A stretch of DNA of 59,088 nucleotides, filler included, from Dimargaris cristalligena (lineage: Eukaryota): assembly GCA_003614675.1 (NCBI GenBank). It is 2 parts of 2 records of this genome, joined end to end, with 100 filler letters (N's around TTAATTAATTAA, not from the genome) between each part and the next. Parts side by side here need not be neighbours in the genome. Positions count along the whole stretch, not along the records: positions 29,665 to 59,088 come from ML002483.1; 1 more part is not named here. One strand, given 5' to 3'. The notes beneath the pieces are model-generated. The model made no database searches, had not been told where the DNA came from, and was given only the letters and a program-made list of their open reading frames with translations. Of this stretch, positions 48,301 through 59,088 are shown one piece after another. The position numbers and the translations under genes are program-made. Positions within the stretch are counted from its first letter, which is position 1; every line of letters begins with the position of its first letter.

Positions 48301-50515
48301 CTCTTGGATCCAATCGTTCGGAGTATTACTCTAATTGATTTCGGCAGTGGTATGCAACGACGAGGCGGGGGATATGTAATATCGGCGGGTGGGCCGGATA
48401 ATGGTTTAGGGCCAGTAAGGGTCTCGTACCCAAGGCCAATATGTGGTCAGGTCGAATGAATGGAAATAAGGTGGATGATTAAAAGGCCCTATAAAGTATT
48501 TTTTTAAATACAGTGAATTGTACCAGTGCTGAAGGCAGGGCCGCACACCGACTGAACGGAAGGTGACACCGAGGATTTTGCCAAGGAACTTCTCCTTCCC
48601 TTCTTCTCCCCCAGCCGGCCCATTGGGGCTTTTTAGCCTCGATCCCCGGGCTATATATAATAATACCCATACTCTTATATGTATTCATATTGCGAACAGT
48701 AGCATGTACAATTATCGACGATGTATAATTAGGAATAGTATAGAGTACCGGGCGGGTTGCGAAACATGCGAGGAGGTTAAAGAAGGGTTATTAAGTGACG
48801 GTTCTCTAGATACGGCGGGGGTGGGAGTCGGCTGACGCCGCTGGCTGGATCCGCACATCAGCCGTGTGACTTGGGCCAGGCGCGGAGAGAGAGAGAATGG
48901 AGGAGGAGAGAGGAAGGGAGGGTATTTGGTGAAGAAGGAAGTAAACTGATTGGACCTAAAATTATGGGCCGACACACAGGAGGGGGGGAGGAAGCACATT
49001 CTCCATTTTCATTAACCATGCTGTGATTACATTTCGCCCCCTTGCGATGACCCGTTAAGTAGAGGTCGCACCAGCGCCGTGACAACCATGCGGACCAAAG
49101 GGGGTGAGGGTGTTGCGGGTGACGGCCGGTAGTGGGGTCTCCCCATTGTACAATAGGCTACAGGGATACCTTTATAAGTAAACATTTGAATGACTGGCAG
49201 TATCACACCCCTTTATTTAAAATCCCTTCGTCAGTTCATGTACTCAGTTTCCTGGCAGGATGACGAACACCAAGGATACAGAGAATGTGCCATTTAAAAG
49301 GAGGGGTGTAATCAGTCAATTGTATAGGGGGAAGGTGGAGTTGGCCTTGGTTCTAGTCCAGACCTGAGCCTCTGCACATTGGGATACGATGCCGCCAGGG
49401 TAAGAGTAGTAACAGTGGTGGGGGGGTCGAAGGCCAGTTTAGGGAGGGAGGTTAGGAAGCGGCTGCAGAGGTGCTGCAGGAGGCGGGATCCACGGAAACT
49501 CACCCGGTCTGGGTAGGGAGGGCCTAAGGTCGTCGAGGCTGCAGTTGGAGGATAGGGGACTGGGCCCCTCACACGGGTGCACCCATACATCTCTCCTTGG
49601 CCATTGGGTGGACGCCGTGTATAGTATAGGTAGGGATGAGAAGAGGAGGGTTGGGTGCAAATGGGGTTAGGGCTGGCGCGTGTCGTTTATTCCCCAGCCT
49701 TGCACAGTCCAAAATGGCGGATAATCCTTCCATCTCTCCCTCTCTCTCTCTCTCTTGCTCTTCTCTTCCGGCCGATGGGGGAATAAACGAGACTGGGACA
49801 GCCAATTAAAGCCCCGCCACCTGGGGGCTATTTCGGGAAAGGGAGGGTGGGATCCCAGCAAACTGCGAATATTCGGTAGTACGGAAAGGGGCCGCCTCTT
49901 ACACCGCCTGGGCGATTCAAACCCCGAACCCCACAGGGCTATTTTTGACCTAATAATGTTAGTTGCCGTTTCGAGGGATGCTTTCCGAACTGACCGGTGT
50001 TTGTCATACTCGGTGCTTCGATAGGATGTACTAGTAGTGGGGGATAAGGGGAGGGGAGGGGGTCGAGAGCGAGGAGAAAAGCGTCGCAGTGGCTCCGATC
50101 GGCGTCGCCCGCTTCAGCCCCACGGTCTATAGTTCAGTATCCGATACTTCCATATGCCCCCCCGTTTTTAGTGGGAAAGGGGAGGATGACTCAGTCAGTG
50201 TAGACTATTTTATATATATAAAAAAGTCCCATATATTTGTCCCACCGCCGCTTGGCTTGGAGGCAACTATTAAAAGCGCAGCCCGTGCTGCCCTTCCGAC
50301 TGGGTCCGTTTGTCCCTATATCCTCTTCCCTCCTCGCCTTCTGTTCCACACTCTACACCAGTTCAGCCGCACTATTCCTACTGGCATATATACTTACATT
50401 ATTTGCCCTTTCCCTCTCTCCACATACTACATTTCGTTTCTCCGTCTATTCCGTCGTCTTTGGCTTATCTTTCTATAGTTTGCTCTGGACTTCCTCCACC
50501 GCTTTTCCATGTGCC

Positions 50516-51832
50516 ATGGCTCTCAAACCCATGCCTTCAAAATCCGATTCCCCCACCGGTATTCGTTCCCGCTCCCAGTCGAAACGCCGCCTGTCCATCT
50601 CCACCACCGGCCCGCCCACGTCGACCAACTCCGCTGCGACCCCAACGACGACGACCACCACCACCAGTAGTCCCACCTGCCACCATCGCAACTCTGCCTG
50701 CTCTTCGCCCAACGCCATTTGCGACCGGTTAAGTCGTACCAACATGCGGGTTGCTCAACTGGCCGCTGGCCACACCTCCCCCCGCTCCCGCAGTTTTGTG
50801 GCTCCCCCGACCGTGACACTGGCGCGCTCGTCCTCGTGCCGGCTTCCTCGTTCCGCCACCACCCTCAGTCTCTGCGAGGTCGCTTCTTCGTCCACCCCCG
50901 CCACTACTACAACCACCACTGGCCGCGCCTCCAGCAAGCGCAACTGCCTGCCGCCCCATGCTACCGTGCGCGCCCGGACGACCACCGCCTCCGCCACGGT
51001 CGGTTCCCCGCCCCTAAAGTCCCGCCTGGCCACCGTGTCCGCCTTGTCCCGGAGTCCCCGTCGGGCTCTTTCCTCCCATACGTTTAACCGTCCCGAATCC
51101 GTTAATTCTACCGCTTCCACGGCCACTTGCCCCGCTCCTCGTCCGCAGTCCTACCACCCCACGTCCGCCCGTCGTCGCTGTTCGGGGGTGTTCAAAGCCA
51201 CGGCCCCCGCGCCGGTGTCGGTGGTGGCCCCCGTCCACTGCGAGGCCCAATTCTCTGTCCCCACCGCCAACCGCACCTCCCCCATGGCCATCCTGCGTCC
51301 CTGGCAGGATGGTCAGCCCTGGGATGGTCCCCGTCCCCACGCCGTGTCATCCGCCACCGCCCTCTCATCGTATTTCCAGCTGCCCCTTAGTCAACCCGCC
51401 AGTTCCATCAGCAGCTGCAATAGTAGCAGCTGCTCCAACTCCACGTCCTCCCTCGTGGACTCGACGGACGCCGGTGATTTGATTATCGCCCGCCGGGCCT
51501 CATCCCGCTCCAACAACCCCCAGTCCGCCATGACCGCCTCTTTGGCTCTCATGGCCGGCAAACTGGCCAAGGCTCCCCCGACGGCCCCGACCGTGACGCC
51601 CCCCAGCGACACGGCCACCCCGGACCATACGCTACTCGACTCCCCGCTCGTGTTGTCCAAGGATGTGTCGATTTACACCTCGTTCCCGAGTCTGACCGAC
51701 TACACCGCGCCTTCCACGGCCGCCCCTTGCAAGCCGACCAAATCCCTGGTCCGCCATTTTGCGGCGAATAGTGTCATGCGGATGATTCAGTCAGGCACCG
51801 CCAAGGAATCTAGCGGTATCCTGCTTAGCTAA
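50516..51832 (+). CDS. Ser/Thr/Pro/Arg-rich, probably disordered protein of unknown function (438 aa)
   Basis: Long intronless ORF with C-ending codon bias like neighbouring genes, starting at gccATGg (50516). The track's upstream extension is pyrimidine-rich, UTR-like sequence. Confidence 0.75.
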   Translation: MALKPMPSKSDSPTGIRSRSQSKRRLSISTTGPPTSTNSAATPTTTTTTTSSPTCHHRNSACSSPNAICDRLSRTNMRVAQLAAGHTSPRSRSFVAPPTVTLARSSSCRLPRSATTLSLCEVASSSTPATTTTTTGRASSKRNCLPPHATVRARTTTASATVGSPPLKSRLATVSALSRSPRRALSSHTFNRPESVNSTASTATCPAPRPQSYHPTSARRRCSGVFKATAPAPVSVVAPVHCEAQFSVPTANRTSPMAILRPWQDGQPWDGPRPHAVSSATALSSYFQLPLSQPASSISSCNSSSCSNSTSSLVDSTDAGDLIIARRASSRSNNPQSAMTASLALMAGKLAKAPPTAPTVTPPSDTATPDHTLLDSPLVLSKDVSIYTSFPSLTDYTAPSTAAPCKPTKSLVRHFAANSVMRMIQSGTAKESSGILLS

Positions 51833-52184
51833 ATCCGTTTACTCTTCCTATATATATATATATATATTGAGTCAATCGCCCTGTTGCCCCCTCGCTCTTC
51901 CATTCCCCGACTTTGTTATTTGCCAGCTAATTTTAGCATTCCTATCTATCCCGAACCCTGAGTGGTCAACAAGCCCAGCCGTTCGGAAGGAGGATACATC
52001 CTAATATCGTGCTTCTCGATTGGCTGGCGACAGGTTTATCATCCATGGCTGTCGATTCCCTTGGCCTCTTCCCCTTCCTCTCTCTATTTCCCCTTCCCTT
52101 GTATTATCCGCCTCTTCCTCCCAATCCCAATCCCTCTCCCCTCCCCTATTCCCCGGGGTGTGGGTGGGGGCTGCGCTGGATGAA

Positions 52185-52188
<4 letters not shown>

Positions 52189-52216
<28 letters not shown>
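52189..52216 (+). repeat. (AG)n microsatellite
   Basis: Perfect AG run. Other microsatellites include (TA)n at ~13408-13437 and (TG)n at ~55231-55254. Confidence 0.9.
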
Positions 52217-53725
52217 CCGACTATTCACATCACATCGCATCGAAACGACGATTCCTTTACTTTATCTGTAGTTCTTTCAGCTCGTTGAATCACTTTCCTT
52301 CCAACATGTTTGATACATATGATCCTTTCAGTTTGCTGTTTGGGTAGCGCTTCCTCGGCCGATGGGCTGCTCTTTTTTTGCTTCTTTAAATTAGCCACTT
52401 GCTCGGGTATGGTTTACATCAATCTATCTATCTATTACTATTCACGCTTGCTCTCTCCTCTCCGGCCATCGTTTCCGATTGCTTCCATTCTCGAATTCTA
52501 CATAGACCTTGCTATATTCCTTCATTATTCTATATTTTTGACTCCTCGATCTAAAATTATCCAAGCCCCGGGCCTTTCTTATAACCCCCCCCCCCAGCAC
52601 TTCCCTATATCCTTCCATATATCTCATTCTTGTATTTCTACCATTTCTATTTTTAATCCTTTCATCCCTTTCGACCCCTTTCCGGCCATTTCGGATTGCC
52701 CATCCCCCACCCAACTCACCACCACCCTCTTTTTCTTTGTTTTTTTGTCGCCCGGCTGCTTGACTATTTTTAGCTTGTCCGGCTGTGTCTTACCCCCTCC
52801 CAAAATAATAATAATAATAAGAATAATAGTAATAGTAATAATAATAGTAATATTGGCAACAATAGGCTCCTATGTTATGTCTTCAACTACTAATGTCGAT
52901 TTTTTAGCGACTTGCTTTTTCCCTTCTATTGTCTTTTCCCCCAACCACACATCACTATATCCAAAGCGATCTCTAAGTAAAGCACTCCTTTAAACCTAAA
53001 TATATTCCAATAGAAGGTCCTCCATATGAACACGGTAAGTGGGGTTACCTGGTGCGATTGATAATACCCACTTGCATGCCTAAATAGGGAAGGTCATATT
53101 GCGTCAATTGGCCTTTTTTTGGATAAAAAGTAGGTGCAGTTTCATGGGAAGCAATTCTAGCCTGGTGTGTGACTGTTAAGCTACTTCGGTCCAGCCCGTT
53201 GCTATACAGCAAGGGGGAGGTGGGTATCGGGCCAATTACGGCACCGTCTGCATCCTACGCGAACGAATTTCGAATGATTCGGTAGGACAAATTTTCGAAC
53301 CCGTATATGGTAGGTATAACCTTCCCAGTTGCTGGGGCATGTGGTGTAGACACCAAGCCCATAGTAGTGTACCCCCATCGGCTAGCAACTGGTATTATGT
53401 ACTCCATCATGTCAGATGAACCAGCTGCCGTTGGCAAGGGGGGGAGGAGTGTGCTGTTTATTCTTTCCCCCATGCACTGCCCATCGAACCGTAACAATAG
53501 AATACTGCAACAGCATAATAGATACAAGGATTCCCTCATTCCTACATGGCGGTAATTTATATTTATCTGTAGGTCTATTGGTAGCAGTAGTACAAACGGG
53601 GCAGCGGGTCAGTTTGGGTGCCAATGGCCCGAAACCACCTCCCCGACTAATGTTTCACGGAAGGGGGAGGTTTAATCATTTAGCCATTCATATGAAAAAG
53701 GTGGGTGATTCGGCCGTATATACCT

Positions 53726-56700
53726 TTAGAATTTAAAAGTGGCCGAAGTGGTATCAATGCCATTCACAAGGCAGGTGTTGTCTAACGGAATATACTGGTG
53801 GGTGATGAGTTTGACGATTTCCTGGGCGGCCATACCCCCCAAAATGGCCGCAATGTTGTGCAGCTCCAAATCCCAATGACGTTTACTAGAAAAAATAAAA
53901 CCCCATCGGCGTGGTTCAGTTGACCACCCCCCCAGTTTGTCAATGGAAAACACAGTCAGTAAGGGCAAGTATGAATGGTGAAACATCCACAGCGAATCCG
54001 ATGGGCATGATTCGTATAGCCCACCATATCCAGATTAATATACAATTAGACAGCACGCTCGCATATATTAGTCGCCGGTTAAAGAGTGTTAGGAAAGCAA
54101 GGTGAAATGGGGTATTTGGGCACTGTGTAACTTCCTCCATTTGTATATCATTCTATTATATACCCGATTGTCCGAGGCATTTACTCTAATCACCCGAAGT
54201 ATGTAAGTCATCATTTGGCAGCCAAGCGGGCCCCGTCATACTTTTAGCGATGGCGGCTAATCTACCCCTCTCCCTTCTCTCTCAATATACATGTTTGTGC
54301 ATGGACTTACACGTAATCGTATCGACTCAGAAGCAAATCCGGGCTATCATGGAGTTTTCGGGCATCACTTTTGGTTAGCAGATTTCCAGGAATGGGGGCT
54401 ATCATTCGAAATTATAGTCGTGGTTGAGCCGCCGTATCCGCAGTTGGTGAGTTGCATTGGGAAAATAAAAATGTGCCAATTGAGCCAGGTGAGTGGGTAT
54501 TCTGGCATTGGGTAAGCTATGATCGTCTACAAGATACCATGGCATCTATATTCTCAACCCGCTGGGTTGGCCTATTTGCCGCCCAATTAAATACACCCCG
54601 TTGAATCGACCGAGTCGCCAATCCTGTATTAAGGGGTGGAGGGGGGGGGGGCTCAGCAAATCGAGCCATGCTAATACTTACCTAGATTAGGGTGGGAATC
54701 GTCTTGATGCACCAGGGCGAAGGCGATGTACCAAAGTAGGTCGTTGCTCAATTCTAGCGAATCCGTCCACAAATGACAAGTGCCATCGGGTAGCGGTGTA
54801 TTGGAAAAGAAACATATGGGTTAAGCAGTGGCATAGTAGTGTTAGGCCGACAGGCAATCATATAAGGCAAATTTACTTCGTCTTTACAACGCCAATTTGA
54901 ATATGGCTGTCGATCGATGTTTAAAAAAGGCAGGGGAAAAGGGGTCGGTTCGACTAATGTGTAGCCTTAGGGTGAATCCGACTGGTTTGACACAGAATTG
55001 GCATCATTGTATCCTAAGGGATGACTTCCTCCCGAGTCACCATTTGGTGTGATTCACATAAATCATCATGAGTAAATCCAGCCACATGACCGTCTTTTTG
55101 GCTATTAATATTAATACCGGCATTAATTAAAATAGAACTAAAAGAGCAGCTCTCTACGCATTCCGATTCACCCGCCTAGTCAGCTCGAGCGAGCAGAGAG
55201 AATTGAGAAATAGAGAGAGAAAGTGTGTGGGTGTGTGTGTGTGTGTGTGTGTGTAGGTGTTGGTGTGGGAGGAATGCGTATCAGTAGCCTAGCTTACCAA
55301 GGGGCACAGTTGCTTGCAGCGAGCGGACTAAGTCCGGGCGGTACGGCGAACCGGATTGGACGCGCAGTCGGGCCGCATCCTTACATAATAATTGAACGGC
55401 ATCCCGCGGAATGCTGTCGACCGGTCGGCCGAGTGATGTTAAAATTTGATGCACGTGGCGATGGACGGCACGACAGTCACTCTCGGCCTTTTCATAGTAC
55501 CTAGATACAGGGTGGGGGGGGGTCCAGGGGGGAGTATATCATTTTGTAAGCACATGGTGGGTTGGTTATACCAGGAGATCCTAGCTGGTCGCTATTTCTT
55601 GCTGAACGGAAAGGCTCATATCCAGCATTTTAGGGTAGGTTGGTCAAATGGGGGACTATCGGTTGGACTAAAGATACCCTGATTACAGTGGCACTTATCC
55701 GTCGTATCCATGTCAGTATGAGCCCGCGGCTTTTTGTAGGTCAATAAGGACCTACTCACTATGAACACACTTACAGGGATTGAATAGCCACGAAATTAGC
55801 TGTATCGGTTTTCATATCGGAAACATGCCCCGAAAGGGGAAGCATTCCGTCTCCTTCCTGCTGCACGAAATCACGCATGGCACGAGCCAACACCCAAAAA
55901 TCCGGTGACTTCGATAGGGTTGTATGGGTCGGAGTAGACAAAATAGAGAAAAGCAGCCGCAACCACATCAAGTTAGTTACTCCTGATACACAACGACCAA
56001 ATCCCCATTTGTCCCTCGCTCGCTCATAATGCACCATTCACTGCCGATTACCTCAAGCATTTGGAGTCAGTGTAGCTGATCTGACTGGTTAACGAAAAAG
56101 GGAAAAAAACGCTTACATTCTCGGTTAATTGATCACACCGAGGGTTCTCTAAAATCTCACGGACTGGGGGCGGGATCTGTAGATAGAGGGGGAAGTTGGA
56201 TATAATTACTTGGATTACATAATAATTAACAACATATAGAGACACCCTTACTAGCCCGAAACGGATAATATTCTATAATAAATTATGTACTTATACCATA
56301 TATGGGTAAGGGGCATGGGCCATAGATGGGTCCAGATAGTGGCTAACAAACGACATACCTGTGTAGTATTTAATGCCCACAGAACATTTTTCGCAGCCTC
56401 TTCGAAGTTCTCTTCGTCTGGGTGCCGCATGGCCCGGGTAATGGCCTCCCGGATGACCTTCTTTTCTTTGAGGGTCATGGAAGGGGCCTCCGGATTCTAT
56501 TAGACCAATAAATGGGTGATACACAGGGTCAGATACGAATGTCCGTTGCTTCAGGTTAAGAGTCAGCTGTATAGTTCGAAAGCTGCCTCGAAACTCAGCC
56601 CATTAGCCCGGGGGGCAATCTAACCTAGGTATATATATATATTTTAAAAAAAACGAATCCCGTACGACTACTTACGTTACGTTGCCAAGCCTGGTAATAT

Positions 56701-58209
56701 TGTAGTAAAATGACAATATAAGGTATCTGGCCATGAGCCATACTGTCGGGGTCATTGAGATCGAACTTTTGGACGAATTCCGTCAATGTGGGGAAGGGCC
56801 GGTCCAGTCGAAGATCTTCATTAGGGCCGCTGTAGGACTCGATTACTACGATTACGGTATATTGAAAGGTGCCACCATTTTCATTTGAAGGCCATGGTAT
56901 GTGGGATACGATGGAAGATCACATAATAAAAGTCAAGTTAGGGTTTCAATTTTGGAAGGGGGGATGGGCGTTAGGGGGTGAGGGTGGGGTGGGAATAGGA
57001 AACACGGTTCAAGATCTCGTAATCATTTGTAAGTTTTGACTTACTGGTATGTTCCTGAATTTGGATTCGTAAATACCCGATGAAACCGGCGGTTTCGCAG
57101 ACCACCAACGGCACACCCACCTCTTGGCAGTTGGCGGCCAATCGGATCAACATTTCACTCGAACACTGGGTCGCGATAATCAGCGAGTAATCGCTGACTG
57201 AAAATGAAGAATCTTTATCCAAGATAGTCTCGGGGTTCTTTTACAAAGGTCCAATGTAAACCAACGCATAATAAACAAGATCGAAAGTATTAGAATCAAA
57301 TACGAAGCTGTAGCCAACCCCATATAGGGCACACATAAAGAGCTGGATATAGGAGATATTCAGAGTCGCCCTGGGCCATAGTTAGTGGCCCTGAAGAAAG
57401 GATTCGGCCAGGGAAATCAATTCAAAAAAAAAATCGCTTACCTGATTTACCCATCTCCCACTGACTTCCTCGTTCAGTCCTTTTAAATGTTCTACAATAG
57501 CTTTCCCCCGCGGCTGCCCGATATCCGATTTGGTCACAAAAAAATTGCACCCTGTATCCGTTTCAGCCACTAAACGATGGTCGACTATCGTGAATGCCCC
57601 AATGCCTAGGGTTGATTCCGTAGAATGTAAAATGGTTGTGTGAATTAGGGTTAGCAATGAGACGATCTGAAATTTAGAGCAATCATCTTATGGGGATATC
57701 GGCAACACCAAGAACCACCGGTCCATACACTTTGAAAATGCCCGTTTTCCATATACGTAAGTGCTGAATAGTAGCGTTGGAGGGAGTGTGGTTGGTAACC
57801 TCACCACCTCCTTACGCAAATAGGGAGGAGGGGGATCATTATATGGGAAGCCAGTGTTCGGGAGACCATAAAATAAAATGGCTTACCGGGCAAAACCAAG
57901 TTCTTGAGGGTTTCGGAACCCGTTGCGGTACCATTGAGGAGGCAAATGTGGGCAGCTTCGAGGCGGGCCTGGCCATGGGCCTTCCAAAGTCTAAGATGAG
58001 AGAGGCAGTATTAGCATAGAGGCGCAGTGAGTGGTGCTAGCGGGGGATACCCATAGGGCTAGACGATACTTTGTGGGGCCGATTACCCCCCACTTTGTTG
58101 GTAACTCTTAATTTGAAGTGGTCCCGGAGTTCCTCGTACCATGCATGGCAGCGGAGTTGAGTCTGCATGCTTACCGTAGTTGACGATCGTAGCGTCGGGT
58201 TTTGTCCAT
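53726..58209 (-). CDS. ULA1: NEDD8-activating enzyme E1 regulatory subunit (NAE1/APPBP1), more than 10 exons
   Basis: [96 protein letters not shown]...LPLSG...[33 protein letters not shown]. Confidence 0.93.
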
Positions 58210-59088
58210 GGCGGCTCTCGGGTTATTGAATGGTGAATAAGAAGAAGCGTGTGAAGGTAGACTAAAGTAAGGCTACTGGAGTAATAATATATAGTATGTC
58301 GGAGAAGGAATGCGTTTAAGGTGTAGTCAAGAAAGGGTGGCCCCATGCCCATGGCAGACTTTTCTGTGGGCTAATTCACAGGGCTCGGGGGGTTGAAATG
58401 GGCTGCAGGTTGGTCAAGGAAATAGTCCCTCGCTGGTTAGGTTAAGGGTGGCCTGGGAATTTCACTGTTGCTTATAATCTACTCTACTGGGCTCGCTCTA
58501 CATGTTTGGCAGGGAACAGGGTGGTAGTTGAGGGTAAACATGGCTACACCGTAAATTTGAACAACTTCTAGTCTAGCGACTTGGCCAAGTACAGACCATA
58601 ACCAATATATACATAAATAATCAGCCACGTTTATATGCCAGTCTACATGCTTGCCAGTTGGTATGCGATGGTAATTGTAATCCACAGGAAAATGTAGGCC
58701 ATTTAACTAAACATGCTAAAATTAAACTAGAAAGCATAGTTTGTTTGATACTTGTGATTTGGTGTTGAAGTCATGGGTTATGTGATATGCCACTTAAAAA
58801 GAACACACCCCCGATAACAGTACCTAAATCTAAATTGACTGCATGAAGTGTACTTCGTGTGGTTTTAAATGATTTTATTTAGTGAAACGAAGAGTGAAAA
58901 CAAAACAGAAAAGAAAATGAACGAGATCGATCATCTATTTTATAGCCAAAAATAGAAGCCAGTCAATAAAAAAACAGTTGCAATGAAATGAAATGAAACA
59001 AAAGAACGAAAAAAAAATGAAAATTGAAGAAAAGTAAGAGGGAAATACGAAAATATAATAAACAAAGTTTGAAACGGGAGTCATTAAA

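Noticed and set aside
52310..52993. 227-aa hydrophobic ORF resembling a membrane protein
   Set aside because: T-rich UTR-like sequence and (ATA)n repeats give the Phe/Ile bias, and it lacks an ATG at the annotated start.
55295..55500. GC-rich stretch that looked like a structured ncRNA
   Set aside because: It is a coding exon of NAE1/ULA1 on the minus strand ([19 protein letters not shown]...), bounded by AG and GTAAG.

Overview
Eukaryotic DNA, apparently fungal: spliceosomal GT-AG introns with CTAAY branch points. An early-diverging lineage such as Zoopagomycota is my guess, not shown. The window has at least two contigs joined by a synthetic N44-TTAATTAATTAA-N44 linker (29565-29664), and possibly a further seam at the (CA)n tract at 4951-5008. 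Housekeeping genes: SLX4-like, BUD20, RPL33/eL33, MET22, MDM12, a ZIP transporter, UTR4, a pirin and NAE1/ULA1. A repeat-rich accessory block (~16-33 kb) holds three double-hevein (CBM18) secreted lectins, a Cys-rich secreted protein, a YDKP-repeat secreted protein with one nonsense codon, a ~144-bp MITE family and a ~600-bp direct repeat. The standout, invisible to the ORF track, is a minus-strand micro-exon gene at 1896-3140. It has a signal-peptide exon, then 13 consecutive exons of exactly 3 nt, each flanked by YAG and GTRRG with a branch point, then a terminal exon. It splices to an open 62-aa secreted prepro-peptide whose mature part could be diversified by in-frame exon skipping.
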